Shown here: piece by piece, positions 58,401 to 64,000 of the stretch
Position numbering within the stretch: position 1 is the first letter of the stretch
Layout of the letters: each line of letters starts with the position of its first letter
Assembly (NCBI GenBank): GCA_039096225.1
Contig: JBBPEB010000030.1
Location: forward strand, 434,001 to 498,000
Length of the DNA: 64,000 nucleotides
Reading direction: 5' to 3'
Source of the DNA: Blastocystis sp. Blastoise
Taxonomy: Eukaryota > Protista > Bigyra: Opalinata
Made by a program: the position numbers and the translations under genes
Notes under the pieces: generated by a model
The model's input: only the letters and a program-made list of their open reading frames with translations
What the model was told of the DNA's origin: nothing
Databases searched by the model: none

Positions 58401-61400
58401 ATAGTTCTAAATTTAGTTCTTTTATTTTGATCAAATAAAAAACTAAGTGGATAATTATTCATAGAAAATTTATTACAAGATCCAATACCATTCATCATCA
58501 TTCGATAACCACGGGAAATTTTAGATATATCTACATAAAAAGGAAAATTAATAGGAGGATTTGAAGGGTTATGTATTTCTAATGCAATAATATTCTTTCC
58601 ATTTATAAGATTAATATTTGAAAATTGTATATGTATATTACCACTATAATGTATAGTAGAATTAAATTGTTCTAATGCTAATGTAGATGAAGTAATTGTT
58701 GTATTTAGAGGTAAATTAAATATTTTAAATAGAATTCCATTAATATATAATATACATCCACCATTTAAAGATATACTATAAAATAATGAAGATAAAATAA
58801 TAATATCAGAAATATAAAAAGTATATCGATAATATTGTGTTGTATCTAATGGTAAATTCATTGAATCTATAGTTCCATATGTCCAATTTAATGTAGTATT
58901 GAGTATATACCATGATGAAGGTATATTAATTGTAGGTTTATGATTATAATATTCCCAAATAATATCTTCAGGTATAATAGTATATATAAATAAAAAATCA
59001 AAAGATCTAGAATTTTCACTTGGTAATAATGTATAAATACCAATAGAAGAATAATCAGTAAAAATAGAAATAAAAGAACTATCCCATCCATATTGACTCT
59101 TATCACTATTAATTAATCGAATTGTATATTGATTTTCTAATAAACAATAAGAAGAATAAGTAATAGACCATTCAGGAATAGATAATTTTTCATCAATTTG
59201 AGCAGCATTATTATCATAAAAATGAAACCCTTTTTCTATATTATTTTCATTTCTTTCATTATATATTTGAAATTGAAGTAATGAATAAGGTGATTGACAT
59301 TCTTTTATAGAAATAACAATAGTAGTATAAAACTGTTGATTATAAGGATTATATGCTGTTATAGTTACAAAAACAGTTGATATAGATAATGTAGGTATTC
59401 CATATAAATATCCATCTATGCTATCTAAATATATTCCTTCTGGTAATGTCATATTAAGAATAGAAAATGAATGATAATAATAAGGAGGAGATATAGTAGG
59501 AAGATAAGAATGTATATATCCATGTATATAATTAGGATGATAATCAAAAGAAGGAATAATTAAACTAGATAAATCTATAGAATAAAATTCAATTTCTGAT
59601 ATTCTTAAAGGAATAGATGAAGTATTATTTGTAGAATATATATTTGTAGATGAAGTATTATTATTAAATGAATTATTATTATTAAATGAATTATTATTAT
59701 TAAATGAATTATTATTATTAAATAAATTATTATTATTAAATAAATTATTATTCATAGAATATATTTGATTATTTATTATAGAATGATTTGATTGATATAT
59801 ATTAATAATATAATTAGAATAAGAATTTTGATGATATATAGTAAACATACATTTCTTTTCATTGGAAGAAGTCCAATGAATATTATATCGTTCATCCAAT
59901 AATATACATTCATTCTGATTACAACCATAAAATAACCAAGATTGAGGATCTGATTCACGTATAGTTGAATTACTATTTATAATACAATATTTATTTACAT
60001 ATTCTTTTCGTTTAAAATGATAATCAAAATTTAAAGAAATATTATTAAGTTGTTTTGAATATAAATCTATATATAATTCTGTATCTAATAATCCATCTAC
60101 AAGTTCAGGATAAAAATGATAATCATGTATATCTTTAATTGATATATCCCAATTACGATTCATAGAATTCATTGAAGGAATTAATATAAAATTAAAACTT
60201 AATGTTATTGGAAAAGGAGGTTTATATTTTGTACTATATACAACAGCAATGGCAAAAGTATTTTGACCAGCTTTTATATAACTATAATCTATAGTAAAAT
60301 ATGAAAAACTAACATCAGTTTCTGTAGTTACTGACTGTGTATTATTATGTATTCCTTCTTTAGGTACGTTAATGTCATATATATTATGATCATTTAAATA
60401 AATTAAAGTTACTATAGGAGAATTTATATAAATTTCTATACCTTGATAATTTTCTTTTTTACTAATTAATACAGTAAGTCTATAATAAACAACATTTGAT
60501 AAAGAAGTAATATTAGTTGTATTATAAGGAACTGATTTCCATGTATCATCCATAATATAAAATGTGGAATGCCATCCATCTTTAGGATCTTCAGGTATAT
60601 TATGATATGCAAATAATGTATTATCATTTGTACAATAATATTTTAAATTAATTAAATAATAAGAATCAAATGAAAGTAATGGATTTAAATTACCACGAAA
60701 TATTATTTGTGAATTTTCTTTATTATCATAAGTTTTTGAAATAGTTAATAATGATGAATTACTCCATCTATTTGTAAATAAATTCCATAAACGAAGTTGA
60801 TATATATCTGTACTAACACAAATATGATTCGAATTTGAATAATATTCAGATCCTTTTCCTTGAAAAATAACTTTTCCATTTGTTGTAGAAAGAGAATATT
60901 CTTCATAAGAACCTTGTTCTATACCATTATATTTTAAAAAGGATAATTTTACATATTCAGGAGCAACACAACTTATAATAAGTAAATTCATATTAATTTG
61001 TATAATGTTATTTATATATCCATTATAAAATTGAATAGTAATAGTATTTGAATAAGAATCAACAGGATATCCATATAATTCACCAGTATAATAATCTAAA
61101 TCTATTCCTTTTGGTAAAATAAGTGAATTTGGATAAATTGTAAAATTTGTACAACCTGTATATATAGGTTTAATAGAAATAACATCCATATTATAAAAGA
61201 ATTTATATGAAGAATATTCATAATATTGAGTAGTTTGAGAAATAGTAGTAGGATTATAATATAGAAATAATTGAGAAACTTCATAAGTAAGAGGAACAGA
61301 TACAAAATTATACATAATAAATTTATATATAGAATATGAATGTTGATTTGAATATAATTTATTTATATATTTTGTTTGTTCATTAATCCATGAAAGACGA

Positions 61401-62890
61401 TTCTCAAATAATAATAATTTCCATTGTTTTAAATCTGGATCATAACCATGTAAACTAAACCGATATACTTTCTTATTTATAACATGTGAAGATGTATATA
61501 ATAATAATTCATTTATAAATATATAATGATCTATATATTGATAATAAATAGTATATTGATTAGTCATAGAGAATAATAAGGAACTATTATAATTATTATC
61601 AAAAAGAGGATTTACAGATACTGATTGAATATCCTGATCTTGTATTCCATAAATATGTATATTGTTCATCCTATTAATATTAAATGAATATTGAGGATAA
61701 ATAACTAAATAAAATAACATATTTAATGGATTGATTTCATTTTCTATTTCTGTACAGAATGCAAATAGAAATGTATCTGTTATATTATATGTACTAAAGG
61801 ATCCAATAATATGAGTATATCGCGAAGATATTGTATTAATAGTATCGTTAAGATACGACGAATGATTTGATGATAAATGTACTGAACTCGTTTTTCTTAT
61901 AGGTATCGATGAATCAACTGTATATATATTTGTATTTTGTTCATATTCAGGATCAAGAGTAAAGAAATATTTATCATTTAAATATATATATGTATTTGTT
62001 TTATAATAAAGAACAACTTCAAAATATATAGGTATAAAATCAAGTTGTTTTAATGTATAAGAATATCGATAATATATATGTGAAGAAGTAGTAGAAGAAG
62101 GAATAGAAGAGAGTATACTTGTAGACCAAGAAGTATCATCATAACTTGATTTCATCCAATTAGTTGACAATGGTAAATTTAATGTATATCTCCATATTGT
62201 ATTATTTGTTATTAATAAAGAGGCTATATATATATATATAATAATAATAATAATTGTAATTTCAAAAAAAAAAAAACGAAAAGAAGAATATTATTATTTT
62301 ATAAATATACGATATATTTTCCATTCATCAATAGAACTATCTATTAAAGATATTTCTAATATAGTGATTTCATGAATAGACACACTTAATAATGAACCTA
62401 CTGACCAACCATTCGTTGAACTACTATAAAATTATATATGAATATACAGATAATAATAATGACATTCAAAAATATTCATATTTAGCTTATTTATTAAAAA
62501 TATATATATATATATTTAAAAAATAAATTAAAAAAAAATATTTATAAAAAAACTTATTGTATTCTAAAAATAACTTATATATAAAACTATATATATTTAC
62601 GATGAACTAGCAACAAATGTATAAAGTGTAGGTTCCAAGCAATATACAAAATTCTGAGTTTTTCCTTGATTATCATTACTTGAAAAGAAATCTATTTCTT
62701 TACCAATATAACGACTTCCACGAAACAAAGAAAGCTCTTCTCCAACTGAATAATTACTATAAACTCTTTTGATTTGAACTTGTTGTTGATTATCATTACA
62801 AGTCAACTGTGAATAACCTAAATACATAGATCCTATAAAAGATGGAAATATACATTGTATAGCCAAAACAAGAATCCAAAGGAAATTCAT
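55484..62890 (-). CDS. Large type-I membrane/surface protein (about 2380 aa) with He_PIG (putative Ig) repeats, galactose-binding/F5-8-like domains and Cys-rich HRM-like repeats, 3 exons
   Basis: Signal peptide, repeated LPxGL.L...TG.I.G.P, PSGWIFEGSDDDGITW, repeated CxxDxxWPxT...R.C, and a TM helix near the C-terminus followed by basic residues. Confidence 0.85.
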
Positions 62891-63745
62891 GTTTAACTTG
62901 ATAATGAATGAAAATTAATTGGAAAGATAATGTCTTTTAAATTATTTAAAAATTTATGGTTTTTTATGATGGATCTCCTCTTTTATTATATTTTTTCTCG
63001 TTTATTTCTCTTGATTATTTCTATTGTTTTTCAATGAAATTCAGTATCTATGAGAATTTTCTTACTTTCCTTTTGATTTATTCATATCTTTTATCATAAG
63101 AAGACTTAGATCTTCTATGATTTGAAATATTTCAGAGGACTGTATATATATTTGTTTTCATTTAGTGTTCATTGATGATAATTGTTCGAATATTTGAGTA
63201 CAATAGTTGAATGCTCAAAGTAGAATGAAAAAGAGAAATTTAAAGTTATTTTTTTATATATTATAGTATAGTAATTATTGTTCAAATTGCCCTATAATGT
63301 TGATTGTATAATCATAGACTCTAAATATTGTTTTAAATGAGACAAAACATTTAAAAACGTTTTTATAAGGAATTGTATTTTGATATTCATAGTTTTATTC
63401 TCTCATTTAGAATTCAAAATCGTATCTCTATTTGTCGATTTCTGATTAATACGAATAAAAAAAGAGAGTAGAATAGATGCCAATCAATAAAAAATGAATT
63501 GAGTGAAAAGAATATGAATAATTCTGGAAATTCTAATGTTTTCTAGTCAAAAACATATTGATTCATGGGAGAAAATGATATGCATTTAAAAAGAACAGCA
63601 TTTTCAAAATGAAAAAAATAATGAAAAAACGAGAAACAACTGCATTTTTGCTATTCTTTCTTTATATTTGTTGGAAAGAGGCTGTTTGAAATATAGGTTG
63701 ATATTCGAAAGAAATCTCATTTGCTATTCTATACGATAATCAATA

Positions 63746-64000
63746 ATGGATGCTACTGCTGTCGAAGATATAAAAACAGGAAATAGAATCACTGAGAGTT
63801 CAGATCCTCAAGGAAAACGAAGAGTTGCATATTTTTACGATAGTATGTAGTTTCACACATTATCTTTTTAAATTTACTATTTAAATAATAATTATAATAA
63901 TCTATAGATGAAATTGGTAATTATAACTATGGAAAAACACATCCTATGAAAGTATTTTTCTAATTATTGTTTTATTTTTAATGTTAGTTATTTGAATTTC
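63746..64000 (+). CDS. HDAC1: Class I histone deacetylase (RPD3/HDAC1-like), 5' portion only
   Basis: KRRVAYFYDNEIGNYNYGKTHPMK across a GT-AG intron. Confidence 0.88.

Noticed and set aside
55484-62170. Genome-wide UGA=Trp reassignment
   Set aside because: The long AT-rich exon contains many Trp codons with no in-frame TGA, and CLC appears to use TGA as its stop.

Overview
This is a gene-dense, very AT-rich eukaryotic window, with roughly 160-170 short introns by manual count. The gene content (secreted legumain, a giant He_PIG/Ig-like surface protein, short introns) fits a Blastocystis-like stramenopile, but that is an inference. I reconstructed 22 protein-coding genes by hand: an LRR protein, MED27, HGSNAT, two WD40 proteins, calmodulin-like, RPP30, NudC, Sec61-gamma, PPIL1, PREY-like, DNAJA, an RluA-family pseudouridine synthase, CHD1L/ALC1, TMEM39, a coiled-coil protein, legumain, a UBC-like/pseudokinase fusion, CLC-6/7, a SAP-like protein, the Ig-like membrane protein and the 5' end of HDAC1. 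Most short ORFs in the supplied track are intron or microsatellite read-through. Most notable observations: (1) a GC-rich palindrome (core CCRYGG, full form TTCCCRYGGGAA) iterated at least 25 times, in all codon frames and in non-coding DNA; (2) four U12-type introns, all starting AT (three AT-AC, one AT-AT); (3) several sites with A where G is needed: an in-frame TGA at a WD-repeat Trp, an AT-AG intron, an AT-AA intron and a kinase HRN motif, suggesting A-to-I repair, relaxed splice termini or systematic assembly error; (4) an intact 792-bp MITE with 65-bp TIRs and a 9-bp TSD; (5) an LRR gene built from 90-nt phase-1 exons. All gene models and counts were done by eye, without alignments or RNA data.
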